NCBI GenBank assembly: GCA_000320545.1
Contig: ADNK01001701.1
Coordinates: 62,001 to 126,000, forward strand
DNA: 64,000 nucleotides
Source: Bigelowiella natans CCMP2755
Taxonomy: Eukaryota > Protista > Cercozoa
Direction: 5' to 3'
A program made the translations under genes and the position numbers. Of the stretch, positions 1 to 14,272 are shown piece by piece. Position 1 is the first letter of the stretch; the number at the start of each line of letters is the position of its first letter. Below the pieces are notes generated by a model. The model was not told the origin of the DNA. It made no database searches and was given only the letters and a program-made list of their open reading frames with translations.

Positions 1-1708
1 AGCTATTACAGTGCTGCTGCTGATGTTGACTACTGACCTCAGAATCGATTGGTTTTTCCAAGTGTGCTAATAGAGAATAGATCCATGCCCCGCTATTACC
101 TGAAAGCCCCGCAACATTCATTTTTTCGTCTTTCGCCTTGTTGTCTGCACTTGGATCCTCTGCATGCTGCTGCTGCTGCTGCTGCTTTCTCGTGCCCCCC
201 CCTTCTTTCTCTAGCTGCTGTTTCTGCTGCCTTTTCTTTAGCTCAGCCACGAGAGCGCGGATTGCCGTACAAATCGCCACATGGTCCATACGACTGATGT
301 ACTATAATAACAGCAGCAGCAGCAGCAGCAGCAGCAGTACCAGAAAGTAGTTAGTATTTGTCGCATTTTAATATTTGAGATACCGCGTGGTTCTTCACTG
401 TGGTATGTGCATACTTGGAAAAACGGAGGAGTGGTGACAATATGTAAGTCGATAATGTGAACGAATTGAGGGAGATGATGGGTGGTCCAATGAGAAACAA
501 CGCACAAACGCACAAACGCACAAACGCACAAACGCACGCACCCACGTACCACACGCAGACAGACAGTACATTGTTCCAGAATTCTTTTGCAATACGAATA
601 GCTCGTAATCATCATCATCATTGCTTGATTCATTTATTTCCAAATCCAATTCTCATCTCTCCATTCTTCTTCTCACCGATAACAAAGGGCGACGTTGTTG
701 CCGTCGTTGCCTTGCACTTGTCCGCTTCTGCCTGAGCATTCTTAATGTTTCAGACACGCCGCCCCCCTTACGCAGCTTCTGGTCGCCATTTTCTTCCTTC
801 TTGTGGTGTTTATCATCATCACCATCATCATTACCCCCGTCGTTATCATCCCTGCCATTATCGTCAGATGTCCAACAGAAGTCAGCCCACGAGCTCTCGT
901 CGTGAGATGATGGCAGTTGATTGACTGTATCATCATCATCATCACCGTCCTCGTCAGTTTGGCCTCCATTTTTGCCGTCAAAGCGCCATTCCTTGGTGAG
1001 CTGCTGCTGCATCTTCTTCTTCCTTGCTTTGAGTAATTGGGCTTTGTTTCTCTTCTTGCTGTACCTAGCCAGGGCTTGCCTGCCGATAGTGTCGTCTTCA
1101 GAAGATTATAATTGATGTACTACTTGAAGCTAACAAAACAAACCAGTGCCAGGGCCGGCAAAACAATTTGCTGCAACTACTACAACTACTACCTGAGGCC
1201 AGCGAACTCGTAAGCGGCGGTATCCTCCCATTGGCAAGTGGGAAGATACTCAGGTGGGCAGCTAGCAGCTGGTGGGAGCAACCTCATGTATACGCTCTAC
1301 CAGAATTAGAGCGAGGACAACAGAAGAGAAGGAACGAACGATTAATAATGATGTCAACGACATTGCATGACCCAGACCGCCACCCTCCATCTTACCTCCT
1401 GTTCATAAAATAATCAATAACGGGAACCACCTGCTTCTTTATCTTCTTGTGGTCAATCTTCGAGATAACCACCTAAATACATTCGCACAGACGTGGGTGT
1501 TTGTGTATTCTCATTCCCTCCTCGGGTGTGAAAATACAAATGATGAGTTCATAACATAATATAGCAACACCTTCGGCAGTTGTTGAGCTTCATGCCGTAC
1601 CCTCCGTAAGTATTCCATTGCATCGCCAGGAGGCCCAGATTCGAAATTGGGGTTCCCCCGGACAAAGAAGGCAGGCCGTAGCAGGTCGTCGGCCATCACC
1701 TTCCGCAT
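1..1708 (-). CDS. GEMIN2: Gemin2/SIP1-like SMN-complex protein (multi-exon, 3' end outside the window)
   Basis: N-terminal PPGDAMEYLRRVRHEAQQLP matches the Gemin2 P..G.EYLR.V..EA motif. Next exons read ...PPEYLPTCQWEDTAAYEFAGLR and RMDHVAICTAIRALVAEL, with GT-AG introns. Confidence 0.7.
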
Positions 1709-1949
1709 TGTCTTGGTTTTTTTTGCAAAAAGTGGTATTTTCGCCTTAATTTACGACGAAATGGGACCCAATTAAAGGATATCTGTCGATCATTGCTCGG
1801 CAATCAGCGACCTCAATCATTCGGTGAGTCCTCTGCTCTGCTTGCAGCTCAAGGCCATCAAGTTTCTTTCTTTCTTTCGAAGCACTGCGTTTCGCACTTT
1901 GCAAGGGCCATGCAACACTTTGGAGATGTGGCCTACAACGTTTATTTCT

Positions 1950-2800
1950 TTCATCACTTCATCGCAGGTTCTTTTCGAAAGCTAGTCGCATGCACTGGTG
2001 AAGGTTGAGCGCTTCGCATCGCTAGGTCGTTGCACCTCACAGGAAAAAGCGTTTGCGTGCAATGATCCTGCCAAAGAGGAGAGAAAAAGAAGTGTTCCAG
2101 CAGCGCCGAAACTGATGTGCCCGCCCGAGAAGGGAAGTTGTGGTTTGAGTGGTGCACGTTGGAACGAAGCACGAAGCATGTGCCCAGCAGCAGCTCTTGA
2201 GCTAGCCACAGCTAGCTAGCCAGGCGTGCACACCGACAATGTTCTTTTTCGCAATCAAACCGTTTGGACCACGTGTTCAAGTGTTAGGCAAGAAGACCTT
2301 CAATCCAAGTTTGCATCGACTTGCCGAACACCTGTCTAGCTAGCTAGCGCTGGAGCGCCACAGCCAGCTGTGCGCCTGCATGTTGGACTGGCGGCTAGCT
2401 GGCTGATGCGATGCAATGCAAGCGACGACAGCATCGCACACAGCACTAGCTAGTTAGAGCACTAGCAGAGCAGGCGGTGCGATCAACTCTAGAACTGCTG
2501 CCCGCACAGAGGTTCTCATTTGCACGTCTAACTGGACGCGGCAATGTCTAGTTGTGCTTGCTAGCTTGATGACTGCAACGACGAAAAGTTCGAACGTTCT
2601 AGCGTCGTGAGCCTGAACGTTGCGTTGCGCTTTCATCAAGCATGCTCGCGCTGCTGAATCCACAATGTGCATTGACATGGTGTGTCCACAGCGCATCCGC
2701 CAGCAGCACATTTCACAAAGATAGTCGTTGCCGACCCGAGGTACAGTTCCATGTCGCATAGCTTTTCCCAATGTTGCTAGCTGCACAACTCAGGCGCAAC
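1950..2800. other. TpA-depleted, CTAG-rich intergenic island 1
   Basis: Long runs without TA; remaining TA mostly in gctagctagc; TG/CA/GC-rich. Confidence 0.8.
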
Positions 2801-2929
2801 ACATTAGGATTTACATTAGGCACATGTGGAGGATGGACACACGTACATCACAGTATCAAGAAGTACATCATTTAGACAACATATTTTTAGCATACATCAT
2901 ATACTTGTGCCTATAGTCAAGCTGTGCTA

Positions 2930-5900
2930 CTATCTAATCCACCTTGCCGGGAACGTTGCCTCCGGTTGCAGTTCGCCTTTTCTTATACTAACATTGACCC
3001 AATCTGGGGCTACGAAATGTGGCTTTTTGTGCCATCTAAAAAGACATCATATTTGGTATTTAGTGACGATGGACAGCTAATATTGCAAACGTTTAGTTTT
3101 TCAAAATATAGAAACCATGCTGCCATATGTATTCCCCCCCACCCCCTCACACACACCGAAAGTACTGGCATCTTTTTGCACTTCTATCGAGCTATCCCGT
3201 AAAAATCCTCGTTTTCTTCTTCATCTTATGGATGCATACATGAAACAGTTAACCCACCCCTTAGATCTGAGGCGTTTGAGAAGGCCAAGAGCTTCCTTCT
3301 TCGATTTCGAGAGTCCGCCCACCCAGTTTTCTTCTCCTTCTTCTCTATACTGCACAAACTGATGCTGATCGTTGCATCCCAAGTCGTCGATGACAATGTG
3401 AGTGACCTCTCGGGACACGTTTGTTGCGATACGTCCTCCATTCATGAGAATCTTGCTTTCTAGTGAGGCCAAACGAGAGTGTGGTATTCTGGTCTTCTCC
3501 TCCCCAACTGTCGCATATGCGTCCACGTAGATATTGCAGCGATGGAACACGGAGAACCTTGAACGCACCGCATCCTCTTCACTTGCATCTTCCAGAAGAT
3601 CACGGAGACGTGAAGGCATTCCCTGCTCCTCCTCCTCCTCCTCCTCCTCCTCCTCAATCCTCCTCTTTCTCTTTGTTTTCCTCTTCTTCCTCATGATCAT
3701 CGGCATAGTTTTCATCACCTCACGAATCGATTCCACAGAGCAGTCTGCTGCATATAGATCACCAAACTTATCCATTCGAGACTCCAAGTCCTTCTTGGTG
3801 CTCTCGGTGGCGTATATCACATGTCGTAGTTTAAGCGGCACTAAACGTTTCTCCTCGAGGCACTCGGTCAACCACGAGTGGTGGATGACGTCGTAGGAAC
3901 CGAGGGAGATGATGTTCTTTATACGAAATGTCCTCGGTCCTGCAAGGATGTAATCAGTGGTATCAGGTAGAGGATTCTGAGAGAATTCCCCTCCGTTGCG
4001 CTTGATCTCTTTCTCTAGCTTCCCTTTGTCCACGTCTGAATCAACACTAAGAATGCAAAACTGAAGGGGCTGACCACCTCCCGCGTAGTCCTCCTCTTCA
4101 TCCTCATCCTCGTCCTCCTCCTCCTGATATCTTCTTTTCCTTCTTGTTGTTTTTCTTACAAACAGCTCCGTTTCGACCTTAACGTCAGACACGTCCGTTG
4201 CCTGATGAAGCTTATTAACAGAGATTATCTTGCGCTTTTTCCCACGACGATTGTTGCGCATTCGTCCTCCATGCAACCCTCCTCCTCCTCCTCCCCCTCC
4301 TCCACCCATAATGGCTAGGTGTGCATTTACGGCACGATTTTGACGTCCTCCCTGGTTGAGTCTCGTGTCAATAACAAACTGAAACATCTGCGACCAAGTC
4401 ATCGCCTGCTCTGGTGGTTTGTCGTAGCGGATCATCGTGCACCGCGGGAAGCGAAGGGTGAACTTTGCCCGAAACTTATCCCAGCGGCACTCAACAACCT
4501 CGTATGAGCGGAGTTGCATGACGATACTTGCCATGGGGTCCCGCACCCATACGTCAGGGGCGTCATCAGGCTCAAGCTTCGTGTCAGGAAGGATATATGG
4601 AGGCAACCGCCTCCCCTTTGCCGGAACTACATCCAGCCTCTCTCTTAGCTCCCTCAACTCGTCAAAGTTGTATCCTGTCCCCACTTTGCAGAATGTAGTC
4701 CAAATGGGGCTGTTCGGGTCGCCTTTGGAACTGAGCGCACTAGGTTGGTCAAAGTCTGGGCACTTTCCATCCTTTCCAATCATCTTGTTGTTCTCTACTT
4801 CCTTGATGTCAACGGTGTTGAGAGGTCTCCCCCTTAGACCCAGGAGGAAGTGGGAAATCTGCCCCGCTCGAGCTCCTCCTGTTCTGCTTCCTTCTCCGTA
4901 ATATCCCCCCAGGATGCATAGGTCCATCTCATCAAGCATGCCATCGATATGGTCAGGCTTTAGCTTCAACCAGCACTCAGATCGCTGCCCAAGCTGATAC
5001 TCTGAGTCCAGATTTTTGATGATTACCCCCTCCAAACCATCGCACATTTGCTGGTCGAGTTCATTGAGGATATCCTCGCAAGTAGTAAAAGAGGTCTTCT
5101 GCTCTATCACTTCGAAGCGCTTCTTCTTCGTTGTTACAATTGACCGCAGAATCCGCCTGCGTTCTCGAAGCGGTTTACTCAGAAGACTTGCCCCGTCGAG
5201 AAATAGGATGTCAAAGGCTATGTAGCAAAGATGACCACGCTGTTCCTCAGTAGTACTGGTTGCTCCTCCTCCTCCTCCTCCTCCCATGGTAGTGTTATGC
5301 TTCTTTCCATCCATCCTTCCTGCGTGGTAGTAGTCTGGGACCACCTTGGGCTTTGGATGCTGACACTGATAGCATCGCGACTTTGTTGAGAAGTTATGGA
5401 AACCGCAACAAGGGTCGGGACATAGCCAATCCCCGGTGCGGAAGTCAGGTGGGAGGGAATTCACCTGCTGTTTTATGATCACGCAAAAATAGCACCAAGA
5501 AAATATCCAAAATAATGATGTCTCGACTTCTATATCATATAACGTGTAGCGATTAATAAACACACACCGGTTTGAAACCCCCCTCCTGCTGCAGCCTTGC
5601 AGTATGTAGAGCCACCGTACGGTTCGAGCCGAACTTCTTAAACTGCTTCTTCACTGGATCCCAAGCCACTATTTCTCCGTCCACAATGCAGCTGTCGCAA
5701 TGCAAGCAGTCCAAAATTACATCACCAAAGGCGTCGCCATAACGATATTTCTCGGTATAGTCGGTGGAATTACGCGTGAAGAACCTAATCCATTGATAGA
5801 TATTATAACGTTTCCCATGTAGTTGTCCATGGATGTGGAGATATTATATAACAGTTAAGAAACTATTCTTCAAAAATAGTTTCATTAATGGTGTTTCAGT

Positions 5901-6854
5901 TTTAAATAAAATTGTCTTTTGTCTACTTACTTAAAGCTGTCTCCCTCCTTATGGATATGGAGACGTTCTCCGTCGAACTTTGGCTCAACAGCAAATTGGC
6001 TGCCTCGCATTGATGCAACTATGTTGCTCCAGTGCATCGTGCCGCAGAGCATGGGCACGCAGGGAGAAAACACCGTTAAACGATTCAGCTCGTCCTCCAT
6101 CATTTTGGGATTTAAAACGCACTCGCAAACTTTCTTGAGCGAAGAGCTGCAGTTGAAGATATCAAGCGCCTTTGGGTGGAAGTGCTTCAGCATGCTGTCT
6201 TTGCTCATCCCCATTTTCATGTCCTTCAGAATAATCCGACACAGCCAGAATACCTCACGTCCACACATTGTCGTGACAATCTTTAGGAACACGCTCCGAT
6301 TTTGCTTAGACTCTGCCATGTATAGCTCATCAAGGAGCGCGTTAACCTCACGGATAGTCAAATCTTTTTTGGACCCCCGCGCAGGAAGACGAGGCGCAGC
6401 AACAGACTCGATGACTGTCACAATATCTCCCGCCATGCCTCCTTGGACGAATCGTGGATTCTTGTAATGAGTGATTGCCTTTCCCCCTCTGCTCTCTTTT
6501 GATAGACCTAGAACGTCGATAAACATAACGCCTAAACCCTTCTCCCGAAGTCCAAAGTTGCCTCGCTCGTCGTCCAGCTTGGGGAGGAGTAAGCGCATTA
6601 GTGGAAACATGTTCTCTCTCGAAAACGTCCTCCACACTGTCTCTAGGATCATCTTTCGCTTGTCGCTCTGAAAGTTCAAAGAAACCGTCATTGTAGAAAT
6701 GGTGGCTCATAAGCTATCACAATGTTGCAAATGTTAAAGCGAATATGTACAGCACCTTACTCTTCGAAATCCCATCACATATTTTACAGACATTATCAAA
6801 TGTCATCTCCTCCAGATTTTTCAGAGGACCTGCCTCGGCCTTGCCCTTCTTCAT
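2930..6854 (-). CDS. LIG4: DNA ligase IV (DBD, adenylation, OB, tandem BRCT) with an inserted RanBP2-type zinc finger
   Basis: Motifs EPKFDGERL (I), VDGEIV (III), IAFDIL (IIIa), EGVIIK (IV), WLKLKPDH (V), LRFPR (VI). Two BRCT domains; the last exon reads HFVAPDWVNVSIRKGELQPEATF. Start MKKGKAEAG at 6854. Confidence 0.95.
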
Positions 6855-7240
6855 CTTTGTACCTGAGGCAACCAATCCTATTCGACCTTACCCGAGAGTG
6901 GGAAGCCATTCCACAACAAATAGCCCGATTTTAATTTGCGACAATCAAAATTTAAAAAGCGCCTATTTTGTTGGTATTCGAGGTAGGGTACCTCCAGATT
7001 GGCAGGGCGTTTTCAGTGTGCGATATCATTATGCGGAGAAAAAGGAAACAGCTCTAATATGCCTGGTACAATAAGAAAAGGCATGTACACAAAAAGTGAA
7101 TTATTTATACAAATATAGGATAATTTATATAAACGACTACCATCTGGAATCATATTTTACTTTTATGAAAGGCATTTTATATTCGTTCGTTTGATACTCC
7201 ATTTCTTCCTACCCATACAATCTTGACAATAATCTGCACC

Positions 7241-8289
7241 ATGGCTGCTCTCAAGGCCTCACGATTCCTAGGCTTGATGCTTTTTGCTTCAGCCCAGGCC
7301 ATCGTCATTAAGAATAGGTGGGGGAAATATTCTGTATTGAGTAGCTTTTACCCACTTTTAGTGGGGTAGAAACGTTATAAGAATAATCTGAATTATGACA
7401 TCTACAATCCCCCCCCCTCCAGTCCTGTTGAAAGAGCGCACCATTTACTCTCGAAGATGAGCCTAGACGACAAAATCGCAATGATGCACGGTATCAATTG
7501 GGCAATATAGACAGAACTATGATGCAAATAGATTATCTGGAAGGATTATGAAAGTGCACGGAAGTGTTTGATGACCGACGTTGGCTTACTCCATTTTCTT
7601 TTACCTTTAGGGACGCAAGGTGGATACATTGGAAACACAGTGGCCAATGAGAGACTGGGAATCCCCCCTCTTAATTTAAATGATGGCCCCCAGGGTTTCA
7701 GAACCTCTGACGAACTTGCAGGAACGACGTAATAACTTTAAATGCATTTCTATACCATCTACTGTAGGAGGGGGAGTTTTATGCACGACACACTAAAATC
7801 CTCGTATTGTCGCGCCCGTTTCTTCTGGATATCATTTTCAAAAATCCATTAAAGAAACTCATCATAATTCCATCACCATCCACGACTACTAGGACGGCTT
7901 TTCCATGTGCATTAGCGGTCGCCTCAACGTGGGATCTTGATGCTATGCAACGATACGGAGCGGCCATGGGCGCTGAATTCAAAGGAAAAGGTGGTCTTAT
8001 TAATATGTATGTATTTATCTAATTTGTAAATGAGAGGGGGGGGGAGGAAGGAATTCTAGCAGCGAACCATCCTAATCCGGTCTTTTGCTACTTCTTCGTG
8101 TTTGTTCGAAATTCAGGAAGCAACGTGCAGCTCGGACCCGGAATGTGCGTTGCACGCGTGCCTCGGTGTGGAAGAAACTTCGAGTATGTTTCTGGGGAAG
8201 ACCCACATCTAGGTAACAAGAAAACAGGAATGACGCCTGTCAATCAGTCAATCAACACTGTTTGCTAATAATGAATGACACACACATAC

Positions 8290-8330
<41 letters not shown>

Positions 8331-9064
8331 TGTGGGACTACTCAGGTTACAAGCTGGTGAGGCCATTGATCGAGGGAATTCAGAGTCAGGGCGTCATAGC
8401 TAATGCGAAACACTGGGTGAGAGACATTACATCTTCGCTGTTGTGTTGTTTGTCGTCGTTCTTTCATCTATCATCTATAGTCATTATGTGGTAAGTACTA
8501 AACGCTTTCTGTTTGTTATTTAGATAAACAACAATCAAGAATGGGATCGATTCACTGGTATGTATCGTGTGCTAGCTATTGTACCGTCGTCATCGTTGTC
8601 GTCAATAGAAATCATTAATATGATATGCCCCTGATTGCATACATGGCATCATCATCATCATCGTCATCATCATCATCATCATCATTCTCATTATCACTAT
8701 CTTTCAGTGGATGAAAGTGTCGATGAGCGCACTCGATTCGAGATGTACTACCCTCCTTTTGAAGGAGCCATTGAAGCAGGTAGACCGGACGTTGATGTAG
8801 CAGTTGTAGCGTTAGATGCGTTTTCAGTATGCTGACCACTGCCTTAATTTTCTTATTTAAGTTAAAATGTAGTTATCTTATGAATACAAGCTTTCAAGCA
8901 CATTTCTTCACTTTAAATTGTCCTGCTTTTCTTCCCCACTCAATTCTTGTTTTTTTTGTATTCCCCCTCCCCCCCCCCCCCCTAATAAAGATGTGGGAAG
9001 CTTCATGTGTTCTTACAACAAAATCAACGGGTATTGGTCCTGCGAAAATGACCGAACGCTTCCA

Positions 9065-9098
<34 letters not shown>

Positions 9099-10026
9099 TG
9101 GTTGGGTACGGAAGGCCATAGTGCCTTAATAGTAATAAGGCATTAGCGAGCTGCTTTGCTTATAGTAGTGGGTATGGCATGAACACTACGCGTTTTACTC
9201 CTGCATCCCTCGTATATATATATATATATATATATATACATACATACATATACATACATATCCATAATATGCTTTTACTCATTATTTTTCAACTCCTCCT
9301 TCCCCCCACCCCCCACCCCCCTCTTCAACCTGATTGTTATCGTGACTAGGGACTTGAAGGAAACCCTTGGGTTCAAGGGATGGGTAATGTCTGACTGGGG
9401 CGCCACGCACTCAACATCCCTAGCACAAGGTCTAGATCAAGAAATGCCTGATGGCGACTTCATGAATTCCACACTGAAGGAAATGGTCAAGAACGGCACG
9501 CTCGAAGAGAAAATGGTACAACATAGCATAACAAGTTATTCTTTTTCTTCTTTTGCTTCACACAGCTGCGTTGCTAATTCTACTAACTACTACTACTATT
9601 ACTACAAGTTAAAAGTAGTTGTAAAAACGAGCTACACCATCATCGTCATCCTCCTCATCGTCATCTTGAAATTCTCCTTCATTTTGCTTAATTTCTTTCT
9701 CTCTTTGTTTCTTCCTATTTGCAGGTTGACGAATCGATCCTCCGCATGCTCATTCCTATGTTCAAGCTTGGTGTAATGGACGCTCACAAACACGGAGAGT
9801 GGGATTTGAAGAAGATTAACGCCAACGTCTCCACGCAAGCACATGTGGATTTGACGCGCAAATTGGGCGCCGAAGGTACAATCTTGATGAAAAATGAGGA
9901 TTCTACTCTTCCTATTAAGAAAGCTGCTGGACGAAACGGAAAAACTACTATCCAGCTCGTAGGAACAGCGTGCGATTCAGGTTTTATTTGTGGGTGTGTG
10001 TGTGTGTGCGTGTGTGAGAGAGTGGG

Positions 10027-10067
<41 letters not shown>

Positions 10068-10708
10068 ATGGTGACGACGATGATGATAATGATGATGATA
10101 TTGGTGATGATTAGCACCGTTCCTTAATGGCGGAGGAAGTGGTCGAGTACAAGCAGATGAGAGAAATATCAAGACTCCTTACACAGGTGTGCTACTACTA
10201 CTACTACTACTACTACTACTATTAGTGATGATAACAGTAGCTGATTGTGATGAGCAAAGATGGATAAGAGCGGTAAATATACTCCTTCTCGTCGCACTAC
10301 TATTGTATCTACTACTGCTGCTGCTACTATTGGCCCTCAATTGCTCCAAATTTAGTCAAGTAGTCAGTTATGGGTAAATGGCGAAAGAAAATGAAATGAA
10401 ATTCACTAAAAGCCTCGATAGATTATACTCATCGTCGTCATCACCAGCATCCTCGTATTTACCCTAGTCACTACTACTACTACTCCTCCTCCTCCTCCTC
10501 CACAAAAGGTGTGAAGAGCGCTGCGGGTGAATCGTACGATGTGATGCTGATTGACACCGACAATCCAGTAAAGGCTGTGGCGCAGCTCGCCTCCGAAGCG
10601 GTAGCAATGATACTTGTAACCGACTTGTAACTCGTAGTGCGTGAGTCAGTGAGTCAGTCAGTCAGTCAGTCACAACGGAGACCATAGTTGAGGAGGGGTA
10701 GGGGAAGC

Positions 10709-10746
<38 letters not shown>

Positions 10747-12114
10747 ATATATTTATATATATACATCTTGTTGGTTGTGTTATGGTAAATACTGTCCCTC
10801 CTATCATTGGTTGATTCCTGTTGTTTGTTTGTTGGTCTGTTTGTTTATCGTGACCACCATCCATCCATCCATCCATCCCATCCACCAGGACTATACCATC
10901 GTGTGCGTTGGGGCAAACTCCACAGAAGGATCAGACCGTGCCAACCTGTCGTTATCACATACTCAAGATGCCCTTATCGAGGCTGTTGCTAGCAAGTACG
11001 AGCCAAACAAGGACGCGAAAGTCATCGTAGCTGCTTCTATCGGGGGAGCGATTCTAACGCCTTGGGCATCATCTGTAGATGCTTTCCTAGTGAATTTCTA
11101 CGCAGGACAAGAGTACGGCAACGCTTTCGCAGACGTCGTCTTTGGGAAGGTGCGTGTCTATGCAGCCCTATTGTACATCATGATTATGTCATTATCATCA
11201 TCATTATCATCGTTACCATCATCATCATCATCATCACCATCACTTGTTTTTATTTATCACTATCATAGGTTTCTCCCTCTGGCAAGTTGCCTCTGTCTTT
11301 CCCAAATGTGGAAAATGAGGTAGGATTCGAACCTAGTCAATACCCAGGAATCGACCAGAAGAACGTATACTCAGAGCGGCTGCTTGTTGGATACCGTTGG
11401 TAATAACAGTAATAAGAATATTATATATCACTGTTAATGCTTATGAAAATATAGAATTGTAGTCGTTTGATGATGACGGGGATGGTAGAGGAAGTTAAGG
11501 GATGGATGATGATGTTGTCTTCTCCCCCTCAATTGCAAACAACCTCATCTGAAACACTTGTCCTCTCTTATTTATTTGTGTTATTCTTCTTCCTCTTCTT
11601 CTTCTTCAGGTATAACTTCATGGGTGTGACTCCGGCATTCCCCTTTGGACATGGATTGGGATATGCGGAGATGGAATACACCAACCTCACCGTCAGCCAG
11701 GAGGACCGTACTGTATCCTTCACGATTACTAACACCGGCAGCATGAGTGCAAGCGAAGTGGCCCAGGTTTACCTTGTTTTCCCTCAAGATGCCAAGGAGC
11801 CGCCCATGCAGCTCAAGGCCTTTGAGAAGACCGACACTCTTAAGCCAAAAGCTAGCCAACAAGTCTCCTTTTCGCTCAGCGACCGCGCCTTCTCTGTGTA
11901 TTCAGCAACCGCGCACAAGTGGGGCGTCAAGGATGGAAAGTTCGGTGTGCTCGTGGGATCATCGTCTGCTGATATCCGTCTGCAATCGGAGTTGGTTGTC
12001 ACCAAGGAGTATGCAGAATCGAGGAATAAAAAGGATGACGATGTCGCAGCTTTCCCTGACATTTTTGTTCTGCAAAAGACAGGCGAACAGCTAAAAGCTA
12101 GTCTAGAACTATGA
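7241..12114 (+). CDS. Secreted glycoside hydrolase family 3 beta-glucosidase (multi-exon, C-terminal Fn3-like domain)
   Basis: Signal peptide MAALKASRFLGLMLFASAQA. Motifs RLGIPPLNLNDGPQG, GRNFEYVSGEDP, AKHW, FMCSYNKING, GWVMSDW (nucleophile), YSERLLVGYRWY, FPFGHGLGY, KEPPMQLKAFEK. Confidence 0.95.
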
Positions 12115-12229
12115 TTGCATTTAATCATTTGTTCTCCTCTTTCACTTTTTCCCGTCGAAATCACTCACCTGTTGGGTGTTTACCTGTAATAAATAGGAAT
12201 TTTTCTTATCTACGATTCTCATCAACTTA

Positions 12230-13080
12230 GTCCTGCTAGCCTGGATGCATGTGACTTCACACGTGTGCTCAACTCGCGTTCATGGCATGCGACCATCACA
12301 TTGCAACGGTGCATAGACATAAAAATTTGGGTGCCATGCGCTAGTGCATATGCGTTCTAGCGTTGCAGATGCTTCCGAACACGCGCATCAGCCGCCACGG
12401 CTCGACAATTGCCCATTACATGTGCGACATTGTTTATACATGATATATAAATGATGCTATACGTGATTGCACAGCTACATAAGGATGACCATCATTTATA
12501 TTTATTGAACAAATACGATAGACATGCATATCATATTGCTGTGTCTACTAGTCTATTATAAATTTAATTTAATAATTGATTACACTCGTCTTATATATGA
12601 TGCTAGCTACTTGTTGTAATTAATAACTAGCTAGATAGAAACATGCACATAGCATAGTACACGCACCGACACAGCGATCCAGTGCCCAGCTATCGCGCTG
12701 CTGCAGTGAGCCACACAAATGAACCATATACGCCCCTACTCTGGCTAGCGAGCTAGCTGGTATGTTGCGTTACTACTAGTAGTGCGCGCCATATGCTCAT
12801 TGATCAGTGCTACTGTGCTACCACAACGTAAGTTGCATTGTGATGGTCAAATAGAAACTTCCTTTGTTCTCTGGCTAGCTGGCTCTCATCGTGCACCGTT
12901 TCTCACTTGTTTGTTTGGCAAGAAGCTTACAAAATCATAAAGGGCAATTGCTCGATCGGCTGGAATTACGCGATACATATTGCACCGCGGCAGCTGCACA
13001 CAAGTTGTATCGATGAGGCATCTACGGTGCATCGCGGGCAGGTATGTAAAACATGCATGCCTTTCTATACTTACGTCGCA
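12230..13080. other. TpA-reduced, CTAG-rich intergenic island 2 (weaker, patchy)
   Basis: Repeated ctagctag, tgcatg and gcgcgc between convergent 3' ends; an AT-rich patch at about 12430-12630 keeps its TA. Confidence 0.6.
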
Positions 13081-13179
13081 GTTCTGAAACATGAATAAAA
13101 GAATAAATCTTGAAGAAAAAATGATGGATGAGTCTAATAGTGGCTCTCTTCATCAGCCTTGCCTACTTGCTCTAGTCCA

Positions 13180-13862
13180 TCATTTCGCACCACGTCCTTC
13201 ACGTTGTCTTTGCTTTCCTTCAGCTCGCAGCTGATCATAAAGAGCTTGCTCTCCGCTATAGTACCCAGAGGCAATAACTCCCACTAAATAGAGATATTAG
13301 AATAGAAGTAAGGGCCATCAATTCACTTCGGATTTTAGTGTTTTTTTTTTTGGTTGAGATGCTTACTTGTTCCAACCATGAGCTTCAATCTCCAATTTTT
13401 AATGTTCGAGTACCAGGTTATACCCATTTTAGGAGCTGTGAATCATGAGTGATTAGTTTACATTGGCACAGTCTTACCTGTCATGAATACAATTGTATTA
13501 CCTCCGTATTCCAGCAATGCATGCCCTGCCAAGAGTCCGACCGCTACTGTGGCTCCTAACCAAATTTGTCAAATTTCTTTCGATCAACTTATTAGAGAGG
13601 TTGCAACTACCTGCCCGCGCTCCTGCATCACGTGCTGCGATCACCACCTTACTTCGCCTAACTCTGGTGAGAATGGAAGCGTGCAGATTAGATGTAGAAA
13701 ATAACACTAATGCTGGTTAGTTCTCGAGTTAGAAAACGTGAGCAAGTGGATGATCTCAAATATGTATTCCTATTCTATCAAATTTATCCCAAAAGGCACG
13801 CGCATGAAGACAGACGGCTCGAGCTCCTACCTCTCAAAATCAGACACGTCGTCGTCGGCCAT
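13180..13862 (-). CDS. Small (~103 aa) two-helix membrane protein, HIG1/Rcf2-N/ENOD93-like (5 exons)
   Basis: Spliced product MADDDVSDFERVRRSKVVIAARDAGARAGATVAVGLLAGHALLEYGAPKMGITWYSNIKNWRLKLMVGTMGVIASGYYSGEQALYDQLRAEGKQRQREGRGAK*. All introns GT-AG and in frame; family assignment by resemblance. Confidence 0.65.
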
Positions 13863-14272
13863 TGCAAGACAAGTGGTTGATGTATGGCCTCCTCCTGTAG
13901 TCGAAGTTGTATCATTGTTGGCTACTTGTTGTGGATAGAAATGCTTGTTTTTATAGGCAATATAACCTAAAATTATGCATCTTAGGCGATTATTATCCTT
14001 AAATCATGGTTTTAGATCTCAATTCCTCCCGAGAAGGCCTGTTTTTTGGTTAACCTTCCTTTCATTCCGTGACAACAAGTGCTTTACCGGTAGGTAACAA
14101 ATTGCTACAAATTAAAAAATTTACGGTTGGTTTAGTTGTCGCATGTGATTTTTACCACCCGTTTTCAGTTTTACCCTTTTCGTCTTTCGGAAGCCGATTC
14201 CTTCACGTACTCCTTCCCCGCTTTCTGCATGCAGAGGGAGGAGAGCTAGCAAGCAGCTGTGATAGATACACA

